This document shows positions 19,246 through 30,828 of a DNA stretch of 32,000 nt, piece by piece. This DNA comes from Candidatus Saccharimonadota bacterium. Lineage in GTDB: Bacteria; Pseudomonadota; Alphaproteobacteria; Rickettsiales; Anaplasmataceae. The DNA lies in contig NZ_CP046580.1 in NCBI RefSeq assembly GCF_013365495.1, positions 600,001 to 632,000 on the forward strand, in the 5' to 3' direction. Position numbers and translations under genes: made by a program. Every line of letters starts with the position of its first letter. The first letter of the stretch is position 1. The notes below the pieces were generated by a model. It was given only the letters and a program-made list of their open reading frames with translations. It was not told the origin of the DNA and ran no database searches.

Positions 19246-20262
19246 TTACATTATATCATGAGCTTTTATTAAAACCTTCTCTATATCACCACTTGAAAGT
19301 GGAATCAGACCAAGCTTAGACAAATATTCATCTTTAGTACTAATTAAATTTATTACTTCTCTAATAAATTCTCTTAGCCCCTCAACAGTATTAAAATGCT
19401 CTTTTTTTACATAAAGATACAAAGGTCTTGCTAGGATATATTTCCCCGAAGATATATTTTCATAAGTTGGCTCAATTCCTGCAATTGTACTTCCTTGTAC
19501 TTTATCTTGATTTCTTATCAAAAAACTAAAACTAAATATCCCTAAAGCATCTTCATTACTTTTCAGTTTTTGTATTATTACATTTTCATTACTTCCAACT
19601 TCTATATACCTTCCATCATCTCTTATACTACTACATGCTTTCCTTCTCTCTTCTAAATCACTATAGTTCTCTTTAAAAATTTTTGAACTCATACATGAGT
19701 ATTGGTCAAGCATAATAAAATTAATTAAAGTATTATACGTACCTGAATTTTGATGTGGACCATAAATTTTGATTTCTGTTTTTGGTAAAGCTGGATTTAT
19801 ATCAAACCAAAAATTTTTATTATTCCTTACCAACTTTCCACTTTCTTGTGAATACGCAGACAGAGTTTCAAACAAATCTTTTTTCGTAAAATCAAATTTA
19901 TAACTTCGATTTGAGTTTGCAATTACAACTCCATCATATCCAATAATAATCTCCATCACTTCACTCACCTTATTCCTTTCACACAATTCCTTTTCCACAT
20001 CTTTTATAGGACGAGATGAAGTAGCAATATCTGGTGTATTCTCCCCTATTCCAGAACAAAACATCTTGAACCCTGAACCACTTCCTATTGACTCTACAAC
20101 TGGAGTTTTAAAAGAAAATACACGACCAAAATCTTCAGCTATAAACGAAATAAAAGGGAAAATAGTTGAGGACCCAACGATTCTAATATACTTCCTTGCA
20201 TTAACGTCCGATAATGGAACAAACACTATAAATATAAAAATCAAGAAAAAAAACCTCAGCAT
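19246..20262 (-). CDS. pstS: PstS-family phosphate-binding periplasmic protein
   Basis: IRIVGSSTIFPFISFIAEDF...ESIGSGSGFKMFCSG is typical of the PstS/PBP family. The start is chosen at the internal Met that gives the signal peptide MLRFFFLIFIFIVFVPLSDVNA. The ORF track extends to 20316. Confidence 0.75.
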   Translation of the reverse strand: MLRFFFLIFIFIVFVPLSDVNARKYIRIVGSSTIFPFISFIAEDFGRVFSFKTPVVESIGSGSGFKMFCSGIGENTPDIATSSRPIKDVEKELCERNKVSEVMEIIIGYDGVVIANSNRSYKFDFTKKDLFETLSAYSQESGKLVRNNKNFWFDINPALPKTEIKIYGPHQNSGTYNTLINFIMLDQYSCMSSKIFKENYSDLEERRKACSSIRDDGRYIEVGSNENVIIQKLKSNEDALGIFSFSFLIRNQDKVQGSTIAGIEPTYENISSGKYILARPLYLYVKKEHFNTVEGLREFIREVINLISTKDEYLSKLGLIPLSSGDIEKVLIKAHDIM

Positions 20263-20372
20263 TATTGTAACTAAAAATATAAACTTATAATTATCACAAT
20301 TATAACAAAAAATCAAATTTTTTTAAATTTTAATTAAAGTAAAATCAAATTACATCAAAAATCATATAACAG

Positions 20373-20801
20373 TTAACCCCTTACAATCATTCTATTTTCT
20401 TCTTTATTTTTATTATTAACTTTACCTTTTGCTGTAGTATCCCTATCAACCAGTTCTATTACTGCCATCGAAGCACAATCACCCCTTCGAGTATTAAGCT
20501 TTATTATTCTAGAATATCCACCATTACGATTTTGATAACGACTAGCTAGAATAGTCAATAATTTGTTCACTGCCAACTCATTATTATGAAGGCGTGAAAG
20601 TAAAAGTCTCCTACCATGTAAAGTATTTTTATTCTTAGCAATTGTAATAAACTTTTCTACATATGGACGCAGTTCTTTTGCTTTTGGCAAAGTAGTTACA
20701 ATTTGCTCATGATTGATTAAAGAAATAGATAAATTTTTTAACATCGATAATCTATGTTCAGTTCGACGAGATAATTTACGTCTCTTTATTCCATGCTTCA
20801 T
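20373..20801 (-). CDS. rplQ: 50S ribosomal protein L17
   Basis: MKHGIKRRKLSRRTEHRLSMLKNL...TTLPKAKELRPYVEKFIT. It is last in the alpha operon, after rpoA. Confidence 0.95.
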   Translation of the reverse strand: MKHGIKRRKLSRRTEHRLSMLKNLSISLINHEQIVTTLPKAKELRPYVEKFITIAKNKNTLHGRRLLLSRLHNNELAVNKLLTILASRYQNRNGGYSRIIKLNTRRGDCASMAVIELVDRDTTAKGKVNNKNKEENRMIVRG

Positions 20802-20808
20802 ATATTAT

Positions 20809-21876
20809 TCAATCTTCATCAGTATGTTGCTTAGCTAACTCATCTATATCCTTAGGCGGCCAATTTGGAATATTCATACCTAAAGATAAACCAAAATTAT
20901 TTAAAACTGCCTTAATTTCATTTAAGGATTTTCTACCAAAATTAGCAGTCCTTAACATCTCACTCTCAGTTCTCTGAACAAGATCACCTATGTAAATAAC
21001 ATTCTCATTCTTTAAACAATTATGTGATCTAACAGACAACTCCATTTCATCTACCTTACGCAATAAGATAGGATCATAACCTAAATCTTTATAACTACTA
21101 GAAGAAGAAATTTGTAATTTTTTATGACCAACATCAGAACTAATAAAAGGCTGCAATTGCTCCTGTAATATCCTTGCAGCAGAATCAACAGCTTGACTTG
21201 GAGAAATTGTACCATCAGTTTCAATCGACAATATCAGTTTATCCTTATCAGTAACTTGACCAACACGACTATTCTCTGCTCTATATGAAACCTTATTGAT
21301 AGGACTATACAAAGCATTAACTGGAATAAATCCCTTTAGATCTTGCCCATTAACAAACCTTAAAAGTTCATTTTCTTTATATTTAGTAACAGGAAGATAA
21401 CCTTTTCCACTAGCTACATATATAATCATATTGAACTTCACATCTTGCCCCAGTGTACATATTAACAAATCTTTATTAACAATAAAACACTGATCATCAG
21501 TCTCTATCATCCCAGCCACTACTTGACAAGGTCCTTTAGCATTCAAATTTAGACATTTATTGGAAATACCATTTAACTTACATCTCAACATACCCACATT
21601 CAACACTATATCAGTCACATCCTCTCTTATCCCCTGAATTGAAGTAAATTCATGAGTTACACCTTCAATTCTTATTCCATAAACAGCACTACCTATAAGA
21701 GAAGATAACATTACACGCCTTAACGCATTACCAAGTGTCAAAGCAAAACCACTCTCCAATGGTTCAAGTACTATATCACCTCTTTCATCTGAATCACCTG
21801 GTAATACCTTAATTGAATTAGGTCTAGTTAATTTACCTAAGTTATTAAAAATACTAATATTATCATTACGATACAT
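20809..21876 (-). CDS. rpoA: DNA-directed RNA polymerase alpha subunit
   Basis: [24 protein letters not shown] in the N-terminal domain. The C-terminal domain reads [22 protein letters not shown]...[11 protein letters not shown]. Confidence 0.95.
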   Translation of the reverse strand: MYRNDNISIFNNLGKLTRPNSIKVLPGDSDERGDIVLEPLESGFALTLGNALRRVMLSSLIGSAVYGIRIEGVTHEFTSIQGIREDVTDIVLNVGMLRCKLNGISNKCLNLNAKGPCQVVAGMIETDDQCFIVNKDLLICTLGQDVKFNMIIYVASGKGYLPVTKYKENELLRFVNGQDLKGFIPVNALYSPINKVSYRAENSRVGQVTDKDKLILSIETDGTISPSQAVDSAARILQEQLQPFISSDVGHKKLQISSSSSYKDLGYDPILLRKVDEMELSVRSHNCLKNENVIYIGDLVQRTESEMLRTANFGRKSLNEIKAVLNNFGLSLGMNIPNWPPKDIDELAKQHTDED

Positions 21877-21897
21877 AAAATAGCCTTCTAAAATATT

Positions 21898-22284
21898 CTA
21901 TACTCTTCTTTTTTTCCTTAACCTACATCCATTATGAGGAATTGCAGTTTTATCTGCAATTGAGGTTACTGTTAACCCACAACCTTGCAACGCTTTCACA
22001 GCAGCTTCAGCTCCAAAACCTGGACCACGTATTATTACAGAAACAACTTTCATACCAAATTTTTCTACTGCAATTTTTGCAGCAGCTTCTGAAGCTTTAC
22101 CCGCAGCATAAGGTGTAGACTTTCTTGAACCTGAAAAACCATGTGCACCAACAGAAGTTTGGTATAAAGTATTACCTTGAACATCAGTTACATTTATAAA
22201 AGTATTATTAAAAGTCGCACGAATATAAATAACCCCAGTAACAAATTTCCTTACACTTTTACCAATTGCTCCGACCCTTTTCAT
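21898..22284 (-). CDS. rpsK: 30S ribosomal protein S11
   Basis: [16 protein letters not shown]...[13 protein letters not shown]...[15 protein letters not shown]. The start is taken at the internal Met ([10 protein letters not shown], 128 aa). The longer ORF overlaps rpsM and is probably an artefact. Confidence 0.93.
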   Translation of the reverse strand: MKRVGAIGKSVRKFVTGVIYIRATFNNTFINVTDVQGNTLYQTSVGAHGFSGSRKSTPYAAGKASEAAAKIAVEKFGMKVVSVIIRGPGFGAEAAVKALQGCGLTVTSIADKTAIPHNGCRLRKKRRV

Positions 22285-22306
22285 AAACCCATAATAACAA
22301 TAAACT

Positions 22307-22675
22307 TTACTTATTTCCAGAAACAAACAAACGAGATTTATAACCCTTACAAGTCCTAGCATTAGTATGAGTCCTTTGTCCTCTTACAGGCAAACCTTTC
22401 TTGTGTCTTATTCCTTTATAGCACCCCATTTCCACCAAAGATTTTATATTCATAGCTATTTCTTTTCTAAGCTCACCTTCTATAATATAATTCTTCCTAA
22501 TGAAACTACTAATTCTTTCTATATCCTCACTTTGCAGTTCTAAAACACGTTCATTCTTATTAATTTTACAAGCATAGCAAATTATATTTGCAGTAGCAAT
22601 ACCTATACCATATATATAAGTTAATGCAAAAGGAACACATTTCTTTACCGGAACATTTACACCTGCAATACGCAC
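22307..22675 (-). CDS. rpsM: 30S ribosomal protein S13
   Basis: (V)[24 protein letters not shown]...[18 protein letters not shown]. The likely start is GTG at 22675, preceded by GGAG. The ORF track extends to 22723. Confidence 0.93.
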   Translation of the reverse strand: MRIAGVNVPVKKCVPFALTYIYGIGIATANIICYACKINKNERVLELQSEDIERISSFIRKNYIIEGELRKEIAMNIKSLVEMGCYKGIRHKKGLPVRGQRTHTNARTCKGYKSRLFVSGNK

Positions 22676-22733
22676 TAATAATACTCCAACTATTAAAATA
22701 ATCTTTAACTCATAACTATACAATAAACTAGAA

Positions 22734-23399
22734 TTAAATTAAATTACAAGAAGAAATTTTATTTTCAATCGCTTGCTTCACCTGAATAACATTAAGATTA
22801 GCATTAACTATTAATAACTTATCTTTATAATATCTACGTAAATTTTTTATCTGTACATAATAATCCCTTATTCTTTTATTAATCACAGATAAATTAGAAT
22901 CATCAATTCTTCTTCTTAACTTTGTACTTTTACATTTTATACAAATAAGATTATTATCACTAATGTTACCATTACCAAAAAAAGATGTACTATATATACC
23001 TTTACAATCCAAACATACAAGACGATTTCTTAATCTATCAATTGCAACTTTATTATTAATTCCTAATTCAATAGCAATATCCACATCTCTATTGTATCTT
23101 TCTTGCAAAATTTTAGTCAAAAAATAAGCTTGATTTAAATTCCTAGGAAAACCATCTAATAAAAAATTATCATTCATCAGTATAAGTTGGTCATACAATA
23201 ATTTACATATAACTTCATCCTGAATTAAATTACCAGATTCTACAACATCTTTTACCTCTTTACCTAACTCGCTATCACTAGATATAATATTTCTTAACAA
23301 ATCTCCTACTGAAATTAACTCTAAACTATACTTTGTTATTAAAAAGTTCGACTGAGTACCTTTACCGGAACCAGGAGGACCAAAAACCGTAAGAATCAT
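22734..23399 (-). CDS. adk: Adenylate kinase (long lid with four Cys)
   Basis: P-loop [18 protein letters not shown], and a lid reading CLDC...CIKC. It overlaps the secY stop. Confidence 0.92.
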   Translation of the reverse strand: MILTVFGPPGSGKGTQSNFLITKYSLELISVGDLLRNIISSDSELGKEVKDVVESGNLIQDEVICKLLYDQLILMNDNFLLDGFPRNLNQAYFLTKILQERYNRDVDIAIELGINNKVAIDRLRNRLVCLDCKGIYSTSFFGNGNISDNNLICIKCKSTKLRRRIDDSNLSVINKRIRDYYVQIKNLRRYYKDKLLIVNANLNVIQVKQAIENKISSCNLI

Positions 23400-24724
23400 C
23401 TTAATTTCCTTGTTTTAGATTCATATTTCTTTATCCAACTATCATACTTATTTGAAAAAATATAAGATTGTATTTGCATAATAGTATCGGTAACAACATT
23501 AACTATAATTAATAAGCTTGTTCCACCAAAAATAAATGGTATATTATAACAATATCTTATAATTTCAGGCACAGCACATATAATTACCAGATACACAGAA
23601 CCAATGAATGTTAATCTTAAAACTATTTCTTGAAGATAATCAGAAGTATGTTTTCCAGGTCTCCTACCAGGTATAAAACCCCCATTTCTCTTAAGAAAAT
23701 TAGCATTTTCTTCTGGATTAAATATAAAATTAGTATAAAAAAAATTAAAAAACACTATAAGTATCAAGTAAGCTATAATATAAATTATTTTATTTGCTAT
23801 AAAGTAATTTAAAATAAAATTAGAAAACTTATACCCTTTATAGAAATTTGCAATCGAAATAGGAGTTAATAAAATTGCATTGGCAAAAATAGTTGGTATT
23901 ACACCAGATAGATTAATCTTTAATGGTATATAAGTAAAATCGTCATTATGTAATTTTTTAAACTGTTTTCTAGGATACTGAACAATAACTTTTCTATAAG
24001 AAGACTCTGTAAAAATAACCAAAAGCAATAGCAAAAAGAATACTACTAAAATAAAAAAGATAATAAACAATGATATACTACCACTCTTATTTAATGCTAA
24101 CAATGCTGAAAAAGCACTATGTAACTCCGATATTATACCTGTAAAAATAATTAACGAAATTCCATTACCTACACCACTAGCACTAATTTGTTCACCAAGC
24201 CATATCAAAAATACAGTTCCACCTAAAAGACTAAAGGCCCCTACTGTACGAAACATAAAACCAGGTTCAACAACAACTAATATTTCCTCTCTATTCATTC
24301 TTTCCAACCCGATCAAAATAGTAACTGATTGAAATATACAAAATATTATAGTCATATAATATATATAAGAATTCATCTTTCTACGTCCCAACTCTCCATC
24401 ATTCTTAACTTCATTAATTCCCTTAACAATAGAAGATAATAACTGCATAACTATAGATGCAACTATATATGGCATAACACTTAATGCTAAAATTGTCATT
24501 CTAGCTAATGCACCACCAGAAAATAGATTAAACACCCCAAAGACACCAGAAGCTTCTTTAGGAAAAATATCATTAATAACATCAAGATTAATCCCAGGAA
24601 TAGGCACATAAGTACCTAAACGATAACAAATTAAAGCAATTAACGTAAAAAATATACGCTTTAATAAATCACCTTTATACAATAATGCAGGATCCAAATT
24701 ATTAAATGCGGACTTGCTGCTCAT
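23396..24724 (-). CDS. secY: Preprotein translocase subunit SecY
   Basis: The 442-aa ORF has 10 predicted TM segments and the motifs [42 protein letters not shown] and [13 protein letters not shown]. Confidence 0.95.
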   Translation of the reverse strand: MSSKSAFNNLDPALLYKGDLLKRIFFTLIALICYRLGTYVPIPGINLDVINDIFPKEASGVFGVFNLFSGGALARMTILALSVMPYIVASIVMQLLSSIVKGINEVKNDGELGRRKMNSYIYYMTIIFCIFQSVTILIGLERMNREEILVVVEPGFMFRTVGAFSLLGGTVFLIWLGEQISASGVGNGISLIIFTGIISELHSAFSALLALNKSGSISLFIIFFILVVFFLLLLLVIFTESSYRKVIVQYPRKQFKKLHNDDFTYIPLKINLSGVIPTIFANAILLTPISIANFYKGYKFSNFILNYFIANKIIYIIAYLILIVFFNFFYTNFIFNPEENANFLKRNGGFIPGRRPGKHTSDYLQEIVLRLTFIGSVYLVIICAVPEIIRYCYNIPFIFGGTSLLIIVNVVTDTIMQIQSYIFSNKYDSWIKKYESKTRKLR

Positions 24725-25195
24725 TTAATATACTACTTCTACATTACCGCCAACTAAAACTACAGATTCCTTTGCAGCTTTCGACGCAAAGTCAACATAA
24801 AATACACATTCATCATTTAACCTACCCTTATTAAGAAGCTTAATTTTATCTTCAACAGACCTTATAAAACCCAATTTACACAGCACTTGCTTATCTATAA
24901 CAGAACCCTTCATTATTTTCTTATCCCTTATTAAACGCTGCACATCACCTACATTAATTACTGAACATACTTTCTGACGTACAGGGTTAAAACCTCTTTT
25001 AGGTAAACGAGTATATATAGACTGTTGACCACCTTCAAACCCATTTATAGAAACACCACTTCTAGCCTTCTGACCCTTATGCCCCCTACCAGATGTTTTA
25101 CCTTTACCACAACCAATACCTCTACCTAGCAACTTAGGCTTCCTTTTTTTTGATAATTTATTAAATAAATAATTTAATTTTATAAAATTATTCAC
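24725..25195 (-). CDS. rplO: 50S ribosomal protein L15
   Basis: LGRGIGCGKGKTSGRGHKGQKARSG. The start codon is GTG, 3 nt after the rpsE stop. Confidence 0.95.
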   Translation of the reverse strand: MNNFIKLNYLFNKLSKKRKPKLLGRGIGCGKGKTSGRGHKGQKARSGVSINGFEGGQQSIYTRLPKRGFNPVRQKVCSVINVGDVQRLIRDKKIMKGSVIDKQVLCKLGFIRSVEDKIKLLNKGRLNDECVFYVDFASKAAKESVVLVGGNVEVVY

Positions 25196-25198
25196 ATC

Positions 25199-25711
25199 TT
25201 ACCTATTTCCAACTATCTCGCTAATCTTTTTACCTCTCTTACTAGCAACTTGACGAGGAGATAACATATCACTAAAAGCCTCAAAAACTGCGCATATAAC
25301 ATTATGAGGATTATTTGATCTTGTAGATTTGGCTACTACATCTTTTATACCTAACACCTCAAACACTGATCTTACCGCTCCACCAGCAATAATACCTGTT
25401 CCAGCTCTAGCAGCCCTTAAAACTATTTCGCCAGAGCAAAACTTAGCTTTAATATCATGATGTAAGGTTCTACCTTCACGCAAATACACTCTAATCATTG
25501 ATTTTTTTGCAGCATTTACAGCCTTTATCCTAGCTTCAGCAACTTCTGCATGTTTACCCATTCCACACCCTACTCTACCCTTCTCATCTCCAACAACAAC
25601 CAAAATTGAAAATGAAAACCTCCTACCACCTTTTGTAACTGTTGTTACTCTCCGTACAGAAACTAAAAGCTCTAATAAATCATTATTATCTTGTAAATTC
25701 TTTACAACCAT
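25199..25711 (-). CDS. rpsE: 30S ribosomal protein S5
   Basis: [41 protein letters not shown]...[11 protein letters not shown]. Confidence 0.95.
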   Translation of the reverse strand: MVVKNLQDNNDLLELLVSVRRVTTVTKGGRRFSFSILVVVGDEKGRVGCGMGKHAEVAEARIKAVNAAKKSMIRVYLREGRTLHHDIKAKFCSGEIVLRAARAGTGIIAGGAVRSVFEVLGIKDVVAKSTRSNNPHNVICAVFEAFSDMLSPRQVASKRGKKISEIVGNR

Positions 25712-25722
25712 ATTAAAACTCT

Positions 25723-26106
25723 CTAAAACTTAAACCCATAACTTCTTAAAGCTTCAGCAAATTGAGAAATTAACCCTGTATATTTATATGCTCCACGATC
25801 AAATACCAGTTTTTGTTCTAATTTCATATTAGATAACCGTTCAATCATTAAAGAAGAAACTTGTCTTACAGCTTCAGCATTAACTCTACCTTTACATGTA
25901 CCCCTAATTTTAGCATCTAAAGTAGAAACAGAAGCGAGAGTCATTCCTTTTTCATCATTGATTAATTGAACATAAAAATGCTTATTAGACTTAAATACAG
26001 ATATACGTAAATGCTTATTACCATAACTATTAAGCTTCTTTCTATTACGTAATTTCCTTTTTTCAAAACTACTTAAAAAATTATATAACCTTTTCATTCT
26101 AATCAA
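25723..26106 (-). CDS. rplR: 50S ribosomal protein L18
   Basis: [21 protein letters not shown]...[21 protein letters not shown]. It sits between rplF and rpsE. Confidence 0.93.
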   Translation of the reverse strand: MIRMKRLYNFLSSFEKRKLRNRKKLNSYGNKHLRISVFKSNKHFYVQLINDEKGMTLASVSTLDAKIRGTCKGRVNAEAVRQVSSLMIERLSNMKLEQKLVFDRGAYKYTGLISQFAEALRSYGFKF

Positions 26107-26648
26107 TTTTTTTTGCTTACAACTTTACGTAATACAAATTTTCCTTTTATTATAACACCCTTACCTTTATAAGGATCATATTTTCTAAGCCTACATATAT
26201 CAGATGCTACCATATATACTTTTTGTTTATCCATGCCACTTACCATTAAATAAATCGGTTTTATACATTCAATCTTAATATCTTTAGGAACTTTATACTT
26301 AATATTATGACTATAACCAAGGGATAAAGTCAAATACTCACCATCACACTCTGCTTTATATCCTATACCATTAATCTCAAGATCAACAGAAAAATCACTA
26401 ACCATACCATTAATAATATTATTAATATTACTTCTATAAGTACCCCACATAGATTTTATTTCATCATAATTACCCTTACTTTGATCAATAGAAAGCAACA
26501 ATTGATTCCCAATAATACAACATATAATATTATTATCTAATTTAAGACATCTTTCTGCTTTGGCACTTTTTATTAATATCTTACCATCATTATATTTAAC
26601 TAAAATATTAGTAGGTATATTAATAGGTGCAGCACCTACACGGGACAT
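26103..26648 (-). CDS. rplF: 50S ribosomal protein L6
   Basis: MSRVGAAPINIP...GIGYKAE...LSLGYSHNIKYKVP...RKYDPYKGKGV. Confidence 0.93.
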   Translation of the reverse strand: MSRVGAAPINIPTNILVKYNDGKILIKSAKAERCLKLDNNIICCIIGNQLLLSIDQSKGNYDEIKSMWGTYRSNINNIINGMVSDFSVDLEINGIGYKAECDGEYLTLSLGYSHNIKYKVPKDIKIECIKPIYLMVSGMDKQKVYMVASDICRLRKYDPYKGKGVIIKGKFVLRKVVSKKN

Positions 26649-26664
26649 AAACTTCCTCCCTTAC

Positions 26665-27060
26665 TTAAAAGACACGACACAAAATTTCTCCACCAACTCT
26701 TAATTTACGTGCACTATAATCAGTCATTACTCCTTTAGACGTAGATATAATAAAAATACCAAGCCCATTATAAGCTTTAGCAACGTCTTTATATTTAGAA
26801 TAACAACGACAACCAGGTTTTGATATTCTAACTATATCACTAATTACAGGCAATTTTTTATAATACTTCAATTTTATAATAAAAAATGGAATATTACTTA
26901 TAATCTCTTTCTGATAATCAAGAATATATCCTTCATCTTTCAAAATCTTTAATATAGAAGAATTTACTCTAGAAAATAAAACCCTCGTTGTCCTATGCAT
27001 TGCTGATTGAGCATTACGTATTCTTGTCAAGAAATCACCAATACTATCAGAACATGCCAC
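26665..27060 (-). CDS. rpsH: 30S ribosomal protein S8
   Basis: [16 protein letters not shown]...ILKDEGYI...[16 protein letters not shown]. The start codon is GTG. Confidence 0.93.
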   Translation of the reverse strand: MACSDSIGDFLTRIRNAQSAMHRTTRVLFSRVNSSILKILKDEGYILDYQKEIISNIPFFIIKLKYYKKLPVISDIVRISKPGCRCYSKYKDVAKAYNGLGIFIISTSKGVMTDYSARKLRVGGEILCRVF

Positions 27061-27087
27061 AATTATACCCTTTTTTTAAATATCATA

Positions 27088-27396
27088 TTACCAACTAGAC
27101 TTGGTCACTCCTGGAATTTTTCCAAAAGCACATAAATCACGCAAAACAACTCTACATAAACCAAATTTCCTATATACTCCCCTTGGTCTACCAGTTAAAA
27201 TACACCTATTTCTAATCCTAATTTTAGAAGAGTCTCTAGGCAATTTTTTAATCAGTTTATTTTGAGCAGCAAATCTCTCACCCATAGATATACTTTTATT
27301 ATTTATTATAGATTTTAACTCCCTTCTCTTTTCTCTATACTGATCACATAACTTAATTCTACGAAGATTTCTCTGTATTATAGACTTTTTTGCCAT
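27088..27396 (-). CDS. rpsN: 30S ribosomal protein S14 (long, non-zinc form)
   Basis: [13 protein letters not shown]...[26 protein letters not shown]...PGVTKSSW. Confidence 0.95.
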   Translation of the reverse strand: MAKKSIIQRNLRRIKLCDQYREKRRELKSIINNKSISMGERFAAQNKLIKKLPRDSSKIRIRNRCILTGRPRGVYRKFGLCRVVLRDLCAFGKIPGVTKSSW

Positions 27397-27412
27397 ACAC
27401 TATACCTTTCAA

Positions 27413-27949
27413 TCAATCAAAAAAAGGAAATTTAAAAGCTAATAACAACTGCTTTGCTTCTTTATCACTAGTTGTACTCGTTATAATATTGATATCCATA
27501 CCTCTAATTTTACTTACTTTATCATAATCTACTTCTAAAAATGAGATATGTTCTTTTATACCAAAAGAAAAATTACCATTTCCATCAAATTGTCTTACAC
27601 TAAATCCCCTAAAATCTTTTTCCCGTGGTAAAGCAATATATATTAACCTCTCTAAAAATTCATACATTTTATCTTTACGTAAAGTCACCTTACAACCTAC
27701 TATAGCACCTTTTCTTATCTTAAATCCAGAAATAGACTTTTTTGCAGAGGTAAAAACAGGTTTTTGTCCCGTAATTAAATATAACCAATTAAACTGCTCA
27801 CTCATTGTTTTACTATCTAAAACAGCATCCCCCCCGATCCCTATATTAATACATACCTTGATAAGTCTAGGCACTTGCATTACATTACTATAATTCAATT
27901 TATTTTTCAAGGATTGAACTATACTATCCCGATATAATTCTTTAAACAT
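27413..27949 (-). CDS. rplE: 50S ribosomal protein L5
   Basis: [21 protein letters not shown]...[21 protein letters not shown]...RGMDINI. Confidence 0.95.
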   Translation of the reverse strand: MFKELYRDSIVQSLKNKLNYSNVMQVPRLIKVCINIGIGGDAVLDSKTMSEQFNWLYLITGQKPVFTSAKKSISGFKIRKGAIVGCKVTLRKDKMYEFLERLIYIALPREKDFRGFSVRQFDGNGNFSFGIKEHISFLEVDYDKVSKIRGMDINIITSTTSDKEAKQLLLAFKFPFFD

Positions 27950-27960
27950 ATCAACTATAC

Positions 27961-28278
27961 TTACTCTATTCTTTCCCCAGAAACTTTCGCAAAACGTACT
28001 TTTTTACCATCTACAATCTTAAATCCTACTCTAGTTGAAGTTTTATACTTAGGATCTAATATTGCAATATTAGATATATCGATAGTTAATTCTTTATCTA
28101 ATATACCACCACTATCACCAGCTTTAGGTTTTACATGCCTTTTATATATATTTACTCCAGAAACAATTGCTCTTTTTCTAGCATTGTGTATTAATATTCT
28201 TATTACTTTACCAATTTTTCCCTTATCTCTACCAGTTAAAACTATAACGTCATCACCACTTTTTATTTTTGCACTCAT
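27961..28278 (-). CDS. rplX: 50S ribosomal protein L24
   Basis: [22 protein letters not shown] (KOW motif). It sits between rplN and rplE. Confidence 0.93.
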   Translation of the reverse strand: MSAKIKSGDDVIVLTGRDKGKIGKVIRILIHNARKRAIVSGVNIYKRHVKPKAGDSGGILDKELTIDISNIAILDPKYKTSTRVGFKIVDGKKVRFAKVSGERIE

Positions 28279-28637
28279 TATAAAACCTCAACAGCCAATG
28301 ACATTATTTTCATAAAAAAACCAGATGGCAATTTTTTTACTGGACCAAATACCCGAGTACCAAGCGGTTCACCTTCACTATTAATTAAAACTACAGCATT
28401 ACTAGAAAAATAAATTACAGAATTATCAGACTTTCTAATACGACTCTTCACTCTAACAATAACTGCTCTATATATTTTACCTTTTTCAATCTTTCCCTTA
28501 GAGTTGATGGATTTAGCAGATACAATAACTATATCACCTACAGACGCAAATTTCTTACCACCTAACAACCCAATACAAAGTACTTTACGTGCACCAGAAT
28601 TATCAGCCACTTCTAATAATGTATTTTTTTGAATCAT
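28278..28637 (-). CDS. rplN: 50S ribosomal protein L14
   Basis: [22 protein letters not shown]...GDIVIVSAK...GTRVFGPV. Confidence 0.95.
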   Translation of the reverse strand: MIQKNTLLEVADNSGARKVLCIGLLGGKKFASVGDIVIVSAKSINSKGKIEKGKIYRAVIVRVKSRIRKSDNSVIYFSSNAVVLINSEGEPLGTRVFGPVKKLPSGFFMKIMSLAVEVL

Positions 28638-28659
28638 ACCACAATATTCCTTATCCTAC

Positions 28660-28884
28660 TCAAACAATAATCCACTTTTTAGTAGCAGAAATAGGTCTAT
28701 GCTCCTGTATAAAAACCCTATCTCCTGCCTTACAGCTATTATTTTCATTATGAACTGTATACTTTTTATATTTCTTTATAACCTTTTTATACAGTTTATC
28801 CTTATATATTTGCAACACTAAAACCTTTACAGTTTTATTACACTCAGCTTTAACTACAACACCACATAAAACTTTCTTAGGCAT
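28660..28884 (-). CDS. rpsQ: 30S ribosomal protein S17
   Basis: GVVVKAECNKTVKVLV...KYKKYTVHNENNSCKAGDRVFIQEHRPISATKKW. Confidence 0.93.
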   Translation of the reverse strand: MPKKVLCGVVVKAECNKTVKVLVLQIYKDKLYKKVIKKYKKYTVHNENNSCKAGDRVFIQEHRPISATKKWIIV

Positions 28885-29083
28885 TCCTCATCCCCTTTAT
28901 TTTTCTTTCATTCAATACAGTTAAAATACGAGCTATACTTTTCCTCATTAAACCGAAACGCACAATATTACTACACTGTCCTAATTTTTTTTGAAAAACT
29001 AAATTAACAAATTCTTTCCTTAAATTTGGAAGCATTTCATATAACTCTTTCGAGGATTTTGACCTAATCTCAACTATATTCAT
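28877..29083 (-). CDS. rpmC: 50S ribosomal protein L29
   Basis: MNIVEIRSKSSKELYEMLPNLRKEFVNLVFQ. The start is taken at the internal Met (68 aa). The ORF track extends to 29116. Confidence 0.9.
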   Translation of the reverse strand: MNIVEIRSKSSKELYEMLPNLRKEFVNLVFQKKLGQCSNIVRFGLMRKSIARILTVLNERKIKGMRNA

Positions 29084-29096
29084 ATAAACTTCCCAT

Positions 29097-29510
29097 TTAA
29101 CTATGATTAGATACAAACTTACATCTTACAGGAAGTTTAGCAATTGCTTTTTCAAGTGCTAATTTTGCCAAATGTACAGGAACACTACCACTAATTTCAA
29201 ATAACACCCTACCAGGCTTAGCTTTAAATACCCAAAATTCAACACTACCTTTTCCCTTACCCATACGCACATCAGCTGGTTTTTTACTCACAGGAATATC
29301 AGGAAAAATTCTTACCCACATTTTACCAGAACGTTTTAATGTTCTAGATATCACACGTCTTACAGCTTCAATATGCTTAGATTGAATCCTACCCGCCTCT
29401 ATAGCTTTTAAGCCATGATCCCCAAAAGATAACGTATCACCAGCTTTTGTACTACCCTTAATTTTTCCCTTAAATACCTTTCTATATTTACTTTTTTTAG
29501 GAATAAACAT
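29097..29510 (-). CDS. rplP: 50S ribosomal protein L16
   Basis: [19 protein letters not shown]...[10 protein letters not shown]...[12 protein letters not shown]. The start is taken at the internal Met. The ORF track extends to 29531. Confidence 0.93.
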   Translation of the reverse strand: MFIPKKSKYRKVFKGKIKGSTKAGDTLSFGDHGLKAIEAGRIQSKHIEAVRRVISRTLKRSGKMWVRIFPDIPVSKKPADVRMGKGKGSVEFWVFKAKPGRVLFEISGSVPVHLAKLALEKAIAKLPVRCKFVSNHS

Positions 29511-29520
29511 TTTATACACC

Positions 29521-30141
29521 TTAATTAACAATATAAACCCAAACTCTAACCCCTATAACACCATATACAGTCTTTGCTTCACATAAAGCATAATCTATAT
29601 TAGCACGCAAAGTATGTAAAGGTAAACGACCTTCCTTATACCACTCAGTTCGAGCTATTTCAGCTCCACCAAGACGACCAGAACAACTTACCTTAATACC
29701 TCCCCCTCCCATTCTCAAACAACCTTGAATAGCTTTTTTCATTGCCCTTCTAAAAGAAACTCGTTTTTCTAATTGTTGTGCTATACTATTTGATATCAAA
29801 GCTGCATCTATTTCAGGTCTCTTTATTCCTACTACATTTACTTCTACATTATCTTTTACTTTTTTAACTATCTTCTGCTTTATCTTTTCAATATCTAAAC
29901 CCTTCTTACCTATTAAAACTCCAGGTCTAGAGGAATGTATTGTTACAGACATCAAATCACCTTTACGCTCTATAACTATCCTGGAAAGACCTGCATGTCT
30001 AAAAGATTTATTTATGTAACTACGAATAGATAAATCTTGATGTAATTTTTCTTTATAATCTTTATTAGCATACCAAATTGAATCCCAAGTATTAGTATTT
30101 ATCTTTAACCTCAATCCTATAGGATTAACCTTCTGACCCAT
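29521..30141 (-). CDS. rpsC: 30S ribosomal protein S3
   Basis: [12 protein letters not shown]...W...[10 protein letters not shown]...[30 protein letters not shown]. Confidence 0.95.
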   Translation of the reverse strand: MGQKVNPIGLRLKINTNTWDSIWYANKDYKEKLHQDLSIRSYINKSFRHAGLSRIVIERKGDLMSVTIHSSRPGVLIGKKGLDIEKIKQKIVKKVKDNVEVNVVGIKRPEIDAALISNSIAQQLEKRVSFRRAMKKAIQGCLRMGGGGIKVSCSGRLGGAEIARTEWYKEGRLPLHTLRANIDYALCEAKTVYGVIGVRVWVYIVN

Positions 30142-30171
30142 ATTCTAACCTCACTATTTTATCCCTATAAA

Positions 30172-30534
30172 TCATACAATTCCTTCTAATTTGATAGTTA
30201 TACTACTATAACATTTATCAACTTTGCTAGCTCTACCCATAGCTTTTGGATATATCCTACGCAAAGTAAAAGATTTACCTATCAACACTTCCTTTATATA
30301 TAGACCATCAACATCCAAACCATAATTATGCTGAGCATTAGCTACCGCAGCATTCAACACCTTTGCCATAAGACAAGCAGCTTTCTTTTCACAAAATTTC
30401 AATTGCACAGTAGCAAAAGAAACTTTTTTATTACGTATTAAATCGGCAACTAAATTTAACTTACGAGGAGTTGATTTTAAAACTCTAGAACTAGCTTTAA
30501 CAATCATACACTTTTTTTCTTCTTCCATACTCAT
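30172..30534 (-). CDS. rplV: 50S ribosomal protein L22
   Basis: [18 protein letters not shown]...[11 protein letters not shown]...[25 protein letters not shown]. An internal Met at 30507 is an alternative start. Confidence 0.93.
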   Translation of the reverse strand: MSMEEEKKCMIVKASSRVLKSTPRKLNLVADLIRNKKVSFATVQLKFCEKKAACLMAKVLNAAVANAQHNYGLDVDGLYIKEVLIGKSFTLRRIYPKAMGRASKVDKCYSSITIKLEGIV

Positions 30535-30540
30535 TGCTTA

Positions 30541-30825
30541 TCACCTTCTTACTGCCTTTTTATCACCACTATGTCCATTAAACTTACGGGTAGGTGAAAA
30601 TTCACCAAATTTACGACCTATCATATTTTGATCATTAACATTAACAGGAACATAATCTTTACCATTATAAACAGCAAACTTTAAACCTAAACAATTAGGA
30701 AGAATGACAGACGCTCTAGAATGAATTTTTATCACTTTATTAAAAGCACCCTCTCTTAAAACTCTATTCACCAATTTCAGCACAGAAGGATGACAAAAAG
30801 GTGATTTCCATGCAGACCTACTCAT
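30541..30825 (-). CDS. rpsS: 30S ribosomal protein S19
   Basis: [10 protein letters not shown]...[30 protein letters not shown]...[18 protein letters not shown]. Confidence 0.95.
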   Translation of the reverse strand: MSRSAWKSPFCHPSVLKLVNRVLREGAFNKVIKIHSRASVILPNCLGLKFAVYNGKDYVPVNVNDQNMIGRKFGEFSPTRKFNGHSGDKKAVRR

Positions 30826-30828
30826 AAA

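Noticed and set aside
22285-22362. N-terminal extensions of rpsK, with similar ones on rpsM to 22723, rpmC to 29116, rplP to 29531, pstS to 20316 and the phosphomutase from 7061
   Set aside because: Family-typical N-termini begin at internal start codons, and the extensions overlap upstream genes or add non-conserved residues.
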